From the human T2T-CHM13v2.0 reference genome, Homo sapiens, in assembly GCF_009914755.1 (NCBI RefSeq), contig NC_060941.1: a DNA stretch of 64,000 nt. One strand, written 5' to 3'. Both the position numbers and the translations under genes were made by a program. Below the pieces are notes generated by a model. It was not told the DNA's origin, ran no database searches, and saw only the letters and a list, made by a program, of their open reading frames with translations. This document shows, piece after piece, positions 1-14,898 of the stretch. The first letter of the stretch is position 1; each line of letters begins with the position of its first letter.

Positions 1-32
<32 letters not shown>
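1..32. repeat. (AC)n microsatellite, truncated by window start
   Basis: Perfect AC run from position 1. Confidence 0.97.
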
Positions 33-33
<1 letters not shown>

Positions 34-859
34 AGATAATATGTCTTGTGTGCAGAAAACACAAGCCCTCTACAACTGTTCTTTCCTATCTTTTCTTTCT
101 TTCCTTCGCTTCTTTTTCTTGCTTTCTCCCTCATTTTCTTCCTCCTAACTCCCCATAAAGGTGCAAATATGTAGAATTCCCTCAGGGGGAGGGAAGGTAT
201 TAAATCTTTGTCCCAGTGGCATTAGGATGCATTTTGTTTGGGCAATTTATATTTTACAACACACATGTAAATTACTATGTAGAATTTAATAACCCAATTG
301 AGTATCTTCAGTTGGAGCCAAACTGGAATTTATTTCCTGATTTCTGAAGGGGGTTTCTGGCCTCAAGGACAGGAGAACTTCTCACACATGGCAACGTCTT
401 GATTTAAAAGGTTTTTCTGCGGAAAGATCAGTTCCAGACTTGCCCAGCTAGTAGAGCTTGGGAGAAGAGAGAAGCGGAAGGTGGTAATTTGCTAAGAAAG
501 GAAGGAAAAACAATAATGTTTATTTGATTACATTTTCTCGTGTTCTAGTGGGGGGTAAATTACAGGCCTAATGACTTCAGTGTTGAGGGTTGGCCCTGAA
601 CAAAGCTTCCTAAGATGTTGAGGGCTTTGGAATTAAAGGGAACTCACAGAGAGGAAATGCTCCCTATTGTCACCACTAGGGTTTTATGAACAAGATAAGC
701 ATTTCCAATAATACTCTTTGGCTCCAAGCACTCTCTTCCTGCTCCCCTTATACTGACTACAAAATGAGCAATAAAAGAAGGGTGGAAAATATTTGTGGAT
801 TACAAACAATGAAGATATTAATAGGCTGCATTAGAGTTTCAAAGGCCTTTCATTCTTGA

Positions 860-1030
860 TATGTTTTGAGCCTTACAACAGTGCTGTATGGTAGTCCTCT
901 TACTCCCATTTTATAGGTGAAGAAACAGGCTTTCTATTCCTTGTATATAATTTATTAGTTTTTTAGACTTGAACTTTGAACAAGTGTGTCCTCCTGTTCT
1001 TTTCCAAAGACCTAATTTCACGTTCTTACC
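860..1030 (-). mobile_element. MIR SINE fragment
   Basis: ccttacaaca...cccattttataggtgaagaaacaggct resembles the MIR core in antisense; boundaries approximate. Confidence 0.65.
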
Positions 1031-1724
1031 ACGGGAGTTCCAAATCTTTCTTTAAAAAAGCTCTTTGGGCCCCAAAAAGACAAAGCCCAAGGGGCCTTGA
1101 GGGTCATACTGTACTGGGATGGCCACTGGCCAGGTAGGTTGACCCACTCCTGGCTGCTGGTTTTAACCTCTGCCCCCTCCATCTGTCTGGCCCATGTTGG
1201 CTCACTTCCTGCCTTCCTGGGAATCTGTGCTCAACAATGGCAGAGACTTTGAGGACTGGCCAACTGGAGTTTCTGTCCAGGCCCCACCATCTACCAGCTG
1301 AGTGATCTTGAATTATTTACCACTTTGAGTTTCTCATTCCTTACCATAAATTCGGGAAAATAATACCTACCTCCCATGATTGTTGTGAGGGTCGAGTTCT
1401 GCAACAAATGACAGGATAGTAAAAAAAGTCCCGAACACATGGCAAGATTCCCCCTGGGACTGGTTTTGTTTGTGATATTGCTCCAATTCGGGATTCCAAT
1501 GGGACTCATGACTGTATCTTAATAAAGGTCTAGATTTCTCACTTTTTTTTTTAGGGAATGAAGGATGAGAAACAGAGAAAAACAGGCACATTCAGATCCT
1601 CTTGATTAGGACAGAATTGCTTGGAGTTTACCCTCTAAGGCAAGAAGGAGGCCTTTCTTCTTCCTGCAGAGCCAAATCCTTCCTTCTGTTAATGATTCTG
1701 GGAGGTCATTGCAATGGCAGAAAG

Positions 1725-1890
1725 AGGACTGGATTAAAAACCCTTGTAACTCAAAATCCCAACTCTGCCACTTGGAATCTGGGTGACGCTGAGTCATTCA
1801 CTTGGCCTCTCTAGGCACATATAAATAATACTTTCTCAAAAGACTTCAAAAGAGACTAGGTATGTAGAAGGTTTTTAAGTTATAAAATAG
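1725..1890 (+). mobile_element. MIR SINE fragment
   Basis: tcaaaatcccaactctgccactt...gagtcattcacttggcctctct is MIR-like. Confidence 0.55.
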
Positions 1891-2889
1891 CCTTCAACAT
1901 AAAGCTGTATTTTCTTTACTATTGTAATTATTAATATTCTATTCTGTAACACACATATATATATTTCCTTTTAAAAATTCTTCAAGAAAACTAATACTTA
2001 AAAATCTTATTTCTCCAATAGACTAGAAGATCCCATCAGCATGGCCCCTGACAGCCTGGACTCTGTGCTCAGGGATATCAGAGGCATCTTTTCTTTATCA
2101 CTGGGAGATTTGGGGGAATTTCTAATTTGGGGAACCAGATGTAGAATAAAATCATACTCTTCCTCCATCTCAGCAGGAAATAACTGCTTTCCAAACACAG
2201 CTACCAACCTTCAAATAAATCGGTCTCTGTGACCAGGTATTTGTAAAAGGTTAATTGAAGTTACATTACATATTTTCAGGGAATCTCAATCCTGGGATAT
2301 GATTGCACTTGGCGCAATTCACCAAGTTTTCATCTCCCTTCTGCTTGCACTCATCTGATGATAAAAAGCCATCTCTCTATTACTGGCATTCGACCTTTAA
2401 ATGGCAAAGAGCCGCTTTGTCATCAGATAGAGTCATGAAAAGCCATAAAGGAAGAGACAGAGTTAGAATACTAACGCGTCCAAGGCTAGCACATTAAAAA
2501 CTTGTCGACTCAGGCAGGGGCTTCCTGCTAGAGAACAGGAGAAAACGAGGCTTCCAAACTTTGAGTCCTTTGCTGCAACATTCTACATCATTTGTTGAGA
2601 GTCTGCTGTGTGCCGATCCATTCATACCCTTCCGTCTGTCAGATTCAGACTTAAAACTCTTTTTCTTATGATTTCATCCATTTCATCCATTCACATGTTC
2701 GGTATTTAAGTGACCATCAATTATACCTGTTTGCGAGTTGCATGCTAATGCATGGTCCTATCTCCTTGGGTTATTCTAAATGCCTCCTCGTCATGGACAT
2801 GGAAAATTCTTTGGCACTTGAACATTCTCTGTAGGATCCTGTCAGGCAGTCTAAACAGCAGGCAGGACACTCAGGAGTTAAGGCGCATC

Positions 2890-3050
2890 TCTGCCTTCAA
2901 ATTGCTGGGCAACTCTGCCAAGTCACTTAACCTTTCTGTCCCTCTGCTTCCAGAGCTATAAAGTAGAATGAGTTTAATAGCATCACCTCACCTTCTAATG
3001 GGAATGTTTTCAGGAATAACTAATGCTAGACCTTGTAAAACACATGGAAA
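2890..3050 (+). mobile_element. MIR SINE fragment
   Basis: caagtcacttaacctttctgtccctctgcttcc...taatagcatcacctcac MIR core. Confidence 0.6.
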
Positions 3051-4569
3051 AATATGAAACATGACATCAAATCTTGATCTTAACTTGACTTTTTCTCCAG
3101 GGCTGTGGGGAGAAGAGAAAAGAGGTAGGAAAAAGAGAGGATTGTCACGGGGCTATCAGGTGGACTGGAGGGAACGAGGTATTTCTGTGCTATATTCTAA
3201 ACAACCAGCTTCTTTTATATTTGTGCACACTAGAAATCAATATGTAATATCTCTGGCATGAAGGGCAGCCATGTAGTGCATAAAAGGAGAATGCATTGGT
3301 CAGTCTGCAAATTCTAGCCTTCCGTACTCAAGTTGGGTGCCCCGCCTGCTATCTCAGGATTCAAAGTGGCAACTGTCCCTCATTATTTATAAATCCATCT
3401 TCCTATTCCTGGTCATCAGCATCACCCTCTGCTGCCCTTCACACTAACCTCAGCACAGCAAGAAGTTTTCACCAAAGGGGGCACCATTACAAGATGTTGA
3501 GTTCACTGTTTCCCAATCAGCCCCGATGTTTAAACTTAAGCCTGTGCCTTAGACCACCTTCAAATCAATACATAGAAATGCATCTACTAAGTACATAAAA
3601 ACTGAGCAGGAATTTAAGAGATATAGAATGATAATAAATAGTACTTGCAGTCAAGAAACTGAAAATGGGCTAAGGAAATAAGGCTACCAGGCATGGAACA
3701 ATTCAGACACGAAATAAAACCACGTACAAGTCAAGGCTAACTTTTGTGGTACAGACTGTCAATCTGTAGGATTTTAGAGAAGGAAAACCCCATAAGGGGG
3801 AGAGTTGTCAAAACAACCTTTGCAAGTAAATGGGAATAGAACTAAGTTTTGTAGATGGGTAAAACTGTGATGGGACAAGAGAAGGAGGGGAGGAAGAGGG
3901 CGTTACTGGGAGGGCGGGATGAACTCAGGTGTAGAAAAGAGAAAAGGCTGGTGTGAGTTGGAGGGGGCCCTGAGGAGGCTGAAGACTGGAGTGAAGATGG
4001 TGTGTTCTGGGGGATAATGGTGTTCAGCTGGCAAAAGCCGAGATGATCAGGGAATGTAAATGTTTAGTTGAAGAAGTTTAAGAGAGGTGTTACCTCTTTT
4101 TCTATGGACTAGACTTTATGAACACTGTGACAGGTATGCATAACTCAGACGCTTTTTCCCCTTGACTTCCTAATACAGTTTGGTGTTTTGGAATCTGCAC
4201 CTAAGAGAAGTTGACCTTTTAGAAACGTAGCCTTTTCTTCCCATTTCTGCAGAACCTCCTGCATAGCATCATCATTTTGAGCAAACCATTGCATTTGTAA
4301 GTACCGTTAAAATGGTACGAAAATGTATAATAATGAAAGTTGATGACAGGAGGGACCCTAATTCTGTAGTTCTATAGGATCAGTTTAACATTCAGGCAGA
4401 ACAGGCAAATGCCTATTCATGGTGTGATCCCAAAATTCTGGAAAGTGCCCGAAGTGTCAAAGAAGAAATTTCTCCCCTACCTTCTGGCTGACTGAAATTC
4501 CACCAACAGCACTTAATCCCTCCAGTTTAAGGAGCTGATCCCTGTTAAAATGTCTATTTTCATAACAGC

Positions 4570-5560
4570 GGTAATAATTTAAGATGCTCCCTCAAGCTAC
4601 CATCCCATTTTTTTCCTTCCTTTCACTGTAAACTTCTTAATTAAGTGGTCTTCACTCCCACTCCCCATTTCCTTACCACCCACTTTCTCCTTAATCTCAT
4701 AAAATCTAGCTTCTGTCCCCATCTCTCAACAGAAACCATTCTCACCAAGGTCACCAAAGATCTGCTAATCACCAACTTTTTCTCAGCAGTTTTAACCCTT
4801 TTGTATTCTGTCTTCTTTGTAATTCTTCTATCTCAGCATCCAAGACACCATGCACTGAGTCTGGTTTTGTTGAGGTAGTTGTTGTTCAATGCAGCCTTCC
4901 ATGATTCCTCTTATTTCTCCCACATCCTCCATAACACTAATACTTGTAAATTGCATTAGTCATTAAACGTATTCATCTATATTATCTTTGATTTTCAAAG
5001 CTTTATGAGGTAGGTATATATTGCCATTTCAAGAATGTAAAAATTAAGGCTCAGAGAGTTGCTTGTAAGAAGTGGAGCTGAAAATGTAACCTAGGCTTCC
5101 TGACTCCAAGCCTGAGCTGTAAATGCAGACACAGCTTAATGCCATTTTCAGCCCTCTTCTCTTTCCTCTATACTTCCCCTTACAACAAATCCAGGTGCCC
5201 CATAGTTCAACTTGCTCATTCATTCATGATGAATTGAGCTGTGTTCCAGGGTATTAAACATCTGGACATCAAATGTGGACAACACATCTCTAGCTGAAAT
5301 CCAGCAGTACAGGAAGGCAAAATGGGCAGAGTTAAGTTCTGGGTTAAAATCCTGTCTTATTTTCTGTTCAAAGCTGCCATTCCCACCAGAAGTTCTACTC
5401 TCAATCCCAGACATTTGATTCATATCCTGGCCTTCTACACTGCTATGCAGTTATCCTTTTCCAGGAAATCTTCCGGGATGCCCTTTGTTTGCTTCCCCAT
5501 CTCAGTCAACTTGTACCCAGCTCAGCCTCCAAATGCTCCTGCCCCACAGTCATCTCTACT
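4570..5560 (+). mobile_element. L2 LINE fragments interrupted by a MIR (~4930-5130)
   Basis: ctcaccaaggtcaccaaaga and tctggacatc...aacacatctc are typical of L2; aaaattaaggctcagagagtt...tgactccaagcc is MIR. Confidence 0.6.
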
Positions 5561-5744
5561 ATGTTTCAGCTGCTCCAGTGCAACAACACTTACTATTTAT
5601 TGATCACCTGTTGTATGCTTTATCCATGTGATAAGCCATCAAATACTTAATCATTCCCCTGTGAAGTAAGGATTGTTACCATCTACATTTTACAGATGAG
5701 GAAACAAAGGCTTCAAGAGTTAAGAAACTTAACTAAGACCTGAA

Positions 5745-6078
<334 letters not shown>

Positions 6079-6405
6079 TAAGTGGTAGAGGTGAGAGTTA
6101 GACCAACTCTGAATATGTACTTTGTTCATAACACCGTGGCTGCCCAGCACTTACTTGCATTTCCAAATTAGCATCTGCTACACTGTATTAATATTTTAAG
6201 ATATTGTTATAAGAATCACCTTTCCCTTAAATTAGACCATAAGCTTCTAGAGGCCTGCTTCTCATGACATGAAATTGTGTGTGTCTATAGCTGTGGATAA
6301 CTGACATCTAGAGGTTCCACAGAAAATCAGGAGGATTGGTATTACTAATTATAAGTGTATATTCTCAACAAATCTTCCATATCCTGAGATATCTGAAATA
6401 GGTAA

Positions 6406-6927
<522 letters not shown>

Positions 6928-8059
6928 TGACATTCTGGAATGGATCCATATTCCTTCTTTTGTATTTATGCCTCTAGAATCAATATTTCTAACTACAAGA
7001 TTTTTTTCTGGTCACAATGCATCCTCCCTGTCAGCAGGGTCATTGCTGTGTTTTCACAGCAGGATACTCAGTATGTGTTTGTATATTACAAGAAGCACTG
7101 ATTCAACTTCCATTACACACTTGCTATGTCATTATGGGGAAAAGTTAAATATGAGACCTTGAAAGTATTATCACAGATGGCTTTTCTTTCTCTCTTTTTG
7201 TTCCTATACTCATCTAAATTCTGGAGATAGTCCAGTCATTTTCACATTATGTTCTTTGGAGGGGAAGTTTAGGATTTCCAATAGGTGCATAAAAAGAACA
7301 TTCATAATAAGGCTAGCAATAAACAGGAAAGGATGTTGTCTTGGAAAAGGCATTTTTCTAGGCCAGTACTAAAGAAACGAGAATCCCTAAGTAAAAGTGG
7401 GCAGCTGGCTCCTTGGTCTCTAACCAGCCTCCACTGGTGTTGAAATTCTTTTAGGGTGTATGTCTTTTATGGCTTCTTTGGGTCCCTCTGGCTCCCTTCA
7501 ATGAGAACCACCAATTATTGTCTCTCTCTCACCCTCCCAGGCTCACTTTTCCTCTCTGATTCCCCAGAAGCTTTTTATCCCCTGCCTCCTTTTAGAACTC
7601 AACTTTTCTCTTTCATGCAACTTGGCAGAAGCCCCAAAAGGCTGAAGATTATGGTCTTTCTGTGTATTTGTGTGTGAATCTTTGTAATTATATTCTCAAT
7701 CAGAAAGGAGGAATTTTCTTTACACCTAAGCCCTGAAGCTCCCCTCTAAAATTTACAACTTGCTTCTGACTCAACCTGCTTTAAGTTACTAACTTACTAA
7801 ATTCCAGGTCTAGAAGAACATAATTACTTTCAAAGCATAGTTAGAATATACTAATACTAAATAGGACTATGAAATGTTTGCCCCAGTTTTATTCCATCAT
7901 ATCAGTCAAAAGAGTCAAAGGGAACTTCATATATTCTTAGCATCCCTGAATCCACAAGTCTACCAAGAGGGGTGTCATTTCTGTATTTAATTTCCCTTGG
8001 TTTCTTGGGTAAAATTAAATTTTGAATGTAAAATAAAACCAACAATGATGATTCAGCTG

Positions 8060-8570
8060 TCACTGAGTGTCTACTCTGAAAGATTCTGTGCTAGGCACTA
8101 GGGGAAATAGAAAAAGGAATAAAACACAGCCATTATTTTCGATAAGCTTAGAGTCTATTGGAGAAAGGCAAAATGCATACTCAAATCATTGAATGTTAAG
8201 CAGAATGTTAAGGAAATAAATAGAAGGAAGATTACTTCTGCTGGGGACTCAGTTACGGTCTTGTGAAGGAAGAAGCATGTAGGCTGCAACTTAAAAGAGA
8301 TGATGTCAACAGGAGTAATGATGGATGGACATTCTGGTTGCAGCAAGAGGGTGAACCAAGATGATCAAGGCTATAAAATCCCAGCCATCATCTAAAGTAG
8401 TTTTTAAAAATTATAATTGGCTAAAGCAAGAGCAGGATAAAGTAGAGGAGTGAATGGTAAGCCTGAAAACCTAGGACGAAGTCATAGAAGAGTGGTGCTT
8501 AAATGATGTAAAGAAAATTGAACTCTCTTCTTTGGCAATAAGAAACCACTGAAATTTTCAGCTATGTTTT
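8060..8570 (-). mobile_element. L2 3' fragment
   Basis: actgagtgtctactctg...ctgtgctaggcactagggga and ttggcaataagaaaccactgaa are L2 3'-end motifs. Confidence 0.55.
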
Positions 8571-9622
8571 AATACACTTCCTTGATAACAGAAAATTCAC
8601 TATCACCATTGGTGTAGAATTTTGTTAAAATATGAATATCTATCCAAGCCTCCCTTGAGGTGCAGAAGGCCTTTTTAAAACTCATAAACAAAGAAAGAAA
8701 TCATAAAGGGAAAGAAATTGATAGGATAGTGATGGAGGAGAGAATGAAGCCAGGCATCCTTGGTGGATGTTAATGTTCTGTTTCATGGTGTGGGATGCCA
8801 ACTGCCTCTAGCATCGTAATGATGGATGCTCAGAGCTTGATGCTGGACAGGGTGTTAGGCAACATATACCAGAGTCTTTTTGTTCTCTGAATGGCATTAC
8901 CATCCATGGGGGGAATATCTGGCCTCTCTCAAAAATCCAAGCATAGTCTTTACAGGCATTCTGTCGGCACAACAGCAGACTGTTAGCATACAAACAGTCA
9001 TTAACCACAGGCTGTGGGCAAAGCTAATCCGGAGTGTGTTGCAATCCACTGGAACCAGGAAATCTGAGCTGCTGCTAATAGGTTTCCAGCCGCTGAGTCC
9101 TTAACCGGTTTTGGCCCAGCTTCCCATCCATGATAACAGGGCTCAATCTTTCTTCTGCTCTGTTGTTTGGTTTCTGTTAGAGGATTTTTTTCATTGGGTG
9201 GAAGAGAAATCATGGATTAAAATTGATTTTCCTCCAAAAAGTAGAATGTCAGAGCTGAACAAGGATCCTAAGAATCTTAATGCTCAATCATCATTCATAC
9301 GGGGACACTGAGGCCCAGAAGAAGGACAGGTCTTGTGTAAAGTTATGTAGTAATTTTTGAGCCATCTCTCTATTTCTCAACACCCTTCTCTCATCTGCTT
9401 ATGTTTAGTTGATCTGGGCAGCAATAGTTCTTTCCTCTTATTTTTAATTCATATTCTCCATTTTTACAGCTTCTCTTCTGGTCATCTAAACTTAGAAAAT
9501 ATTTTCTTTCATTCTGATCTTTCCCACAATACCTCCTGGACATAGCCCTCCATTGATTACTTGATGAAATTTGTATCAAGGGAAAGAAAAGGACTGACAG
9601 CTGAAGGACTTTAATAGTTGGA

Positions 9623-9918
9623 TTTTTTTTTTTTTTTTTTGAGATGGAGTCTCACTCTGTCGCCAGGCTGGAGTGCAATGGCGTGATCTCGGCTCACTGC
9701 AACCTCCATCCCCCGGTTCAAGTGATTCTCCTGCCTCAGCCTCCCGAGTAGCTGGGATTACAGGCACATGCCACCATGCCCAGCTAATTTTTGTATTTTT
9801 AGTAGAGACGGGGTTTCACCATGTTGGCCAGGATGGCCTTGATCTCCTGACCTCGTGATCTCCCCACCTTGGCCTCCCAAAGTGCTGGGATTACAGGGGT
9901 GAACCACCACACCTGGCC
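9623..9918 (-). mobile_element. AluSc
   Basis: Full Alu with tgtcgccagg (single-C loss) and caggatgg...gacctcgtgatc diagnostics; flanking TAGTTGGA at 9615-9622 and 9919-9926. Confidence 0.95.
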
Positions 9919-12049
9919 TAGTTGGACATTTATGATAGCATGTTTATAGTCTGCTTAGTCTAATGGGTGCCAAGGGCCAACCACAGATTCTCTGTCATTT
10001 TCAGACCATAAGGAAAATAACTCTGGACATCTGATTTCAAAACTCATTCATTCATTGAATAAAGAAGATATGAGGGCTTCTACCATGTGCAAGGCATTGA
10101 GCTGGAGCCAGAGATAGGTCATTCTTTTTTTGTCTGTGAAGGTCAAATTGCTCTGACATAGAACCTGGGTCATGTGTCTACACCCTAGTTGCAAGCTGCC
10201 TCCAACCAAGACTAATAAGGGACAGGATTTAAAAAATACAGAAATAGGGGTTCACATGCTGAGTGGCCAAAGGAATGATAACCACCCCATTGCAGATAAG
10301 AAAAATTATTATCCAAAAATGTCAATTCTTACATTGCCTATTGACAGGCATAAAGACCTCAAGACTCAGGGGATTTATGAGGAGACTGCAAGTAAAAAAA
10401 AAGGCCAAGATGAAACATTCCGAGTGGCACTCCTGCCCTTCCTACAAAAAAGAAGGCCCCTGGTACATGCAAATTTCACATTTTAATCAAGAGAGATTGT
10501 TTTACAAAATTATCCTCTCACATTGGGAAAAATGCACCATACGAGACATGTTATAAGCTATGCAATAAATCCACAAAGTACTTTTCTATGGAATTTTACT
10601 TAACATAATGACTCTATGCATGAAGATAGTACAACTGATTATCAGTGCTTTGTGTGTGTGTGTGTGTTTTGGTGGGGGAGTAGCGGTAGACATAGGACAG
10701 GCAAATTAGGAACAATTCTCTGGGCTGAACTCTTTTTGATTCTTTAATCATAACAAAATGGGAAAATTTATAATTCTAAAGGACAATCTTAATCTGCTTG
10801 GTCAACAGATTCCCTTTATTAGTTATTAACATTTTCTTTACCAATGCTACAATTAACTCTACACATTCAGTGTTCCACCAAAAGGGAGATAATTTAATAG
10901 CCTAAACAGGCTGAGCTTTGGAGATGGGTTACTTTTCTCAGTAATGAGGCTGAGAACACAAAGAGATTTTTCCAATAACCACATAGCTGATCTTTTGTGT
11001 GGACAACTGGACAATTTTTCCAGTACTTAGGAGATATTCTGACCTTTTAAATTTTCTTCCTTGGGATAGAAATTGTGGTTATGGACAATTACATCTCTCA
11101 ACTTATTTGGGGCAAGTAAGGGCAGTTTTCTTCATTTATGTATAGTTATTACACAAGCACGAGTTCTAAACAAAGAGAGATTTTAAACAGAAAAATTATA
11201 AGTATGCCATATTTCCCACCCTTGTTCAAGCTGTAAAGCCAATTTTCTGTAAAGAAACTTTCAGTTTTCCTGTGTTGCTTAAGAACACTATAAAATATTC
11301 ATGTCTATTAATCCACTTCTTTCATGTAAGAATAAAAAATACATACACGGTGGTGTCAAAGGATCATAGTTACCAACAGGGCATTTTGGGGGCTGCTCTT
11401 TTTTGTTTGGACATGGGCATGTTAGGGAATGACGGATATTTAATGACAGATATTTAACTTGATGAAGTCTATGGTTTTTAGTCCTTATGAAAATCTCCCA
11501 TTTTTGGAAATAAGGTAGATTGACTAGCTCTCCTGAAACTCTTCCAATATCAAACACAAATTCTAGAAAAATATTTATGAAAATGCTTCTAAATGCATAG
11601 ATGAAATTGTAAGAAAGAAAAAATATTCTTCTGAAGGCAAGAAAAATGTGGGTGCATGAACCCAGGGTGCTAAGGAAGCCCTGGAGCCTCGACATGCCTG
11701 GGGCATCTACTGATCTGAGAGGCCCAGAGCTTTGGCATTAATGGCTCCATCCAAGTCAGGGACAGGAGAGAAAATCTTTGGCCTTTGCAGGAGAAAGAAG
11801 TGGATCACAGAACTCAACATGTATCAGAAGCACAGGATGGTGTATATGCGTAAGGAAAGGTTGAACTAAGAAAACTCCACACGTCTTGAGCTTGACTCTG
11901 GATAAGAAGGGTAAGGGGGAGACTTGTCCTTTACCAATGCATGGATATTGCTGGCTTCACATAGGCCTGTACACTGCATTAACCATACTTACATGGCCAT
12001 AGCCCGAAGTTGAAAATTTTAATTAAAAGTGAACCAGGTTTGATAATAG

Positions 12050-12952
12050 CCTGAGGAACCTGGCAGAAGCAAATTCTGTTCCTTTATAACAATTAATCTC
12101 AATCCAGGTCTAAAAGAATTTCCACTGACAGAATTTAAGCAAACATGTGCCTACAGTCAAAAATAAAACACAAGAGACCACTAGGCACGTGATTGAGAGT
12201 GAGCAGAACAAACAACAGAGCCCTACTTTTAAAAATTTAGGTTGGAATTACAGGATACAGAATAAAAGATATACATGTGTAATATATTTCAAGAATACAA
12301 GAATGAATAACACTTATGAGTAAGAAGCAAGAAGCTATCAAAAGTAGCAGATGTGATTTTGACAAAAATATTAAATATACTAAAATATCTGTATCTTAAA
12401 ATACATAGAAGGACACAGATATATATTTAAAATTAAAACTCTGTTAAAAGAGCAAACAGAAAATTGGACTGAGATGAAAAGTGAGTTAATGAATGAATGG
12501 TAGACTTAAATGCATTAAACAGAATGTTTTACAAAAAGAAAAAGCCAGAAAAACAATGAAAGCAACATTGAGAGAGAAGGAAGAAAGAGCAAGAATGGTC
12601 CAACATACTGATCAGAGTTTCAGTAATTTACTAGAAAGAAGAAAGAGAATATTTAAAGTTTGATGATTGAGAATTTTCCAGCATTGATGAAAACACAGGA
12701 CTTCTTAGATTCAGGAAGTCCAATTAAATTCATGTAGAAAAAAAAAAGAAATTCACATGTAGATGTGTCACAGCAAAATAAAATACTAAGTGCAACAAGA
12801 CATCTTTAAGAGCCAGAGAAAAGCAAACAAATGGTAAAGAAAAGCAAATTAGCCTCTGACTTCTCAAAAGCAACAGAGACTTGTAGAAGACAGTGGTAAA
12901 ATATCTTTAGAATGATAAAGAAAATTGCCAATATGGAATTACATTTCCAATT
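12050..12952 (+). mobile_element. Ancient L1M ORF1 remnant (left part)
   Basis: gagaattttccagcattgatgaaa, gacttctcaaaagcaaca...agaagacagtgg are degenerate L1 ORF1 motifs; continues after 14898. Confidence 0.7.
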
Positions 12953-12964
12953 GAGATATCTTTC

Positions 12965-14886
12965 TTTTTTATTTACTTATTTATTTGTTTTATTTTACTT
13001 TAAGTTCCGGGATACAAGTGCAGAACATGTAGGTTTGTTGCATAGGTATACACGTTCCATGGTGATTTGCTGCACCTATCAAACCATCATCTTCGTTTTA
13101 AGCCCTGGATGAATTAGCTATTTGTTCTAATGCTCTCCCTCTCCTCACCCCCTACCCCCTAACTGGCTCTGGTGTATGTTGTTCACCTCCCTGTGTCCAT
13201 GTGTTTTCATTGTTCAACTCCCACTTATGAGTGAGAACACGTATGTTCGATTTTCTGTCCCTGTGTTCATTTGCTGACGATGATGGTTCCCAGCTTCATC
13301 CATGTCCCTGCATGATCTCATTCTTTTTTATGCCTGCATAGTATTCCATGGTGTATATGTGCCACATTTTCTTTATTCAGTCTATCCTTGATGGGCATTT
13401 GGGTTGGTTCTACGTCTTTGCTATTGTAAATAGTGCTGCAATAAACATACATGTGCATGTGTCTTTATAGTAGAATGATTTATATTCCTTTGGGTACATA
13501 CTTAGTAATAAGATTGGTGGGTCAAGTGGTATTTCTGGTTCTAGATCCTTGAGGAGTTGCCACACCATCTTCCACAATCGTTGAACTAATTTACATTCCC
13601 ACCAACAGTGTAAAAGCATTCCTATTTCTCCATAGCCTCGCCAGCATCTATTGTATCTGGACTTTTTAATGATTGCCACTCTGATTGGTGTGAGATGGTA
13701 TCTCATTGTGGTTTTGATTTGCATTTGTCTACTGATCCATGATATTGAGCCTTTTTTTCATATGTTTGTTGGCTGCATAAATGTCTTCTTTTGAAAAGTG
13801 TCTGTTCATATCCTTTGCCCACTTTTTGATGGGGTTATTTTTTTTTTTTTACTGGTAGATTCTGGATATTAAACCTTTGTCAGATGGGTAGATTGCAAAA
13901 GTTTTTTCCCTTTCAATAGGTTGCCTGTTCACTCTGATTATAGTTTCTTTTGCTGTGCAGAAGCTCTTCAGTTTAATTAGATGCCATTTGTCAATTTTGG
14001 TTTTTCTTGCAATTGCTTTTGGCATTTTCATCATGAAGTCTTTGCCCAAGCCTATGTCCTGAATGGTACTGCCTAGGTTTTCTTCTAGGGTTTTTATGGT
14101 TTGGGGTTTTACACGTAAGTCTTTAATCCATCTTGAGTTAATTTTTATATAAGGTGTAATGAAGGGGTCCAGTTTCAGTTTTCTGCCTATAGCTAGCCAG
14201 TTTTCCAAGGACAATTTATTAAATAGGGAATCCTTTTCCCATTGCTTGTTTTTATCCAGTCTCTTGAAGATCAGATGGTTGTAGATGTGTGGTGTCATTT
14301 CTGAGGTCTCTGTTCTGTTCTATTGGTCCATATGTCTGTTTTGGTACCAGTACCATGCTGTTTTGGTTACTATAGCCTTGTAGTATAGTTTGAAATCAGG
14401 TAGCATGATGCCTCCAGCTTTATTCTTTTTGCTAAGGATTGTCTTGGCTATTTGGGTTCTTTTTTGTTGCAGAAGACATGATTCTATGTTTAGAAAACCC
14501 CATCGTCTCAGCCCAAAAACTTCTTAAGCTGATAAGCAACTTCAGCAAAGTCTCAGGATACAAAATCAATGTGCAAAAATCACAAGCATTCCTATACGCC
14601 AACAATAGACAAATCGTAAATGAACTCCCATTCACAATTGCTACAAAGAGAATAAAATACCTGGGAATACAGAGAACAAAGGATGTGAGGACCTCTTCAA
14701 GGAGAACTACAAACCACTGCTCAAGGAAATCAGAGAGAACACAGACAAATGGAAAAACATTCCATCCTCATGGATAGGAGGAATCAATATCATAAAAATG
14801 GTCATACTGCCCAAAGTTATTTATACATTCAATGCTATTCCCATCAAACTACCCAGTGGTAGTTTGGGTAGTTCTTCACAGAACTA
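12965..14886 (-). mobile_element. 5'-truncated L1PA (PA7/PA8-like) with 5' inversion
   Basis: Poly-T tail, 3'UTR and ORF2 C-terminus on minus strand to ~14465 (ORFs 13410-13724, 13849-14298 are ORF2p pieces), then RT segment on plus strand ([11 protein letters not shown]...) to 14886; TSD GAGATA(T/C)CTTTC at 12953-12964 and 14887-14898. Confidence 0.93.
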
Positions 14887-14898
14887 GAGATACCTTTC

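Noticed and set aside
3468-3485. CTCF-like CACCAAAGGGGGCAC (also GCAGGTGGCG at ~55681)
   Set aside because: Core spacing or 5' CC positions do not fit the motif; cannot be supported without PWM or ChIP data
13410-14777. ORFs with RT/ORF2p similarity (also 25804-27931 and 57376-59710)
   Set aside because: Fragmented L1 ORF2 remnants, not functional genes
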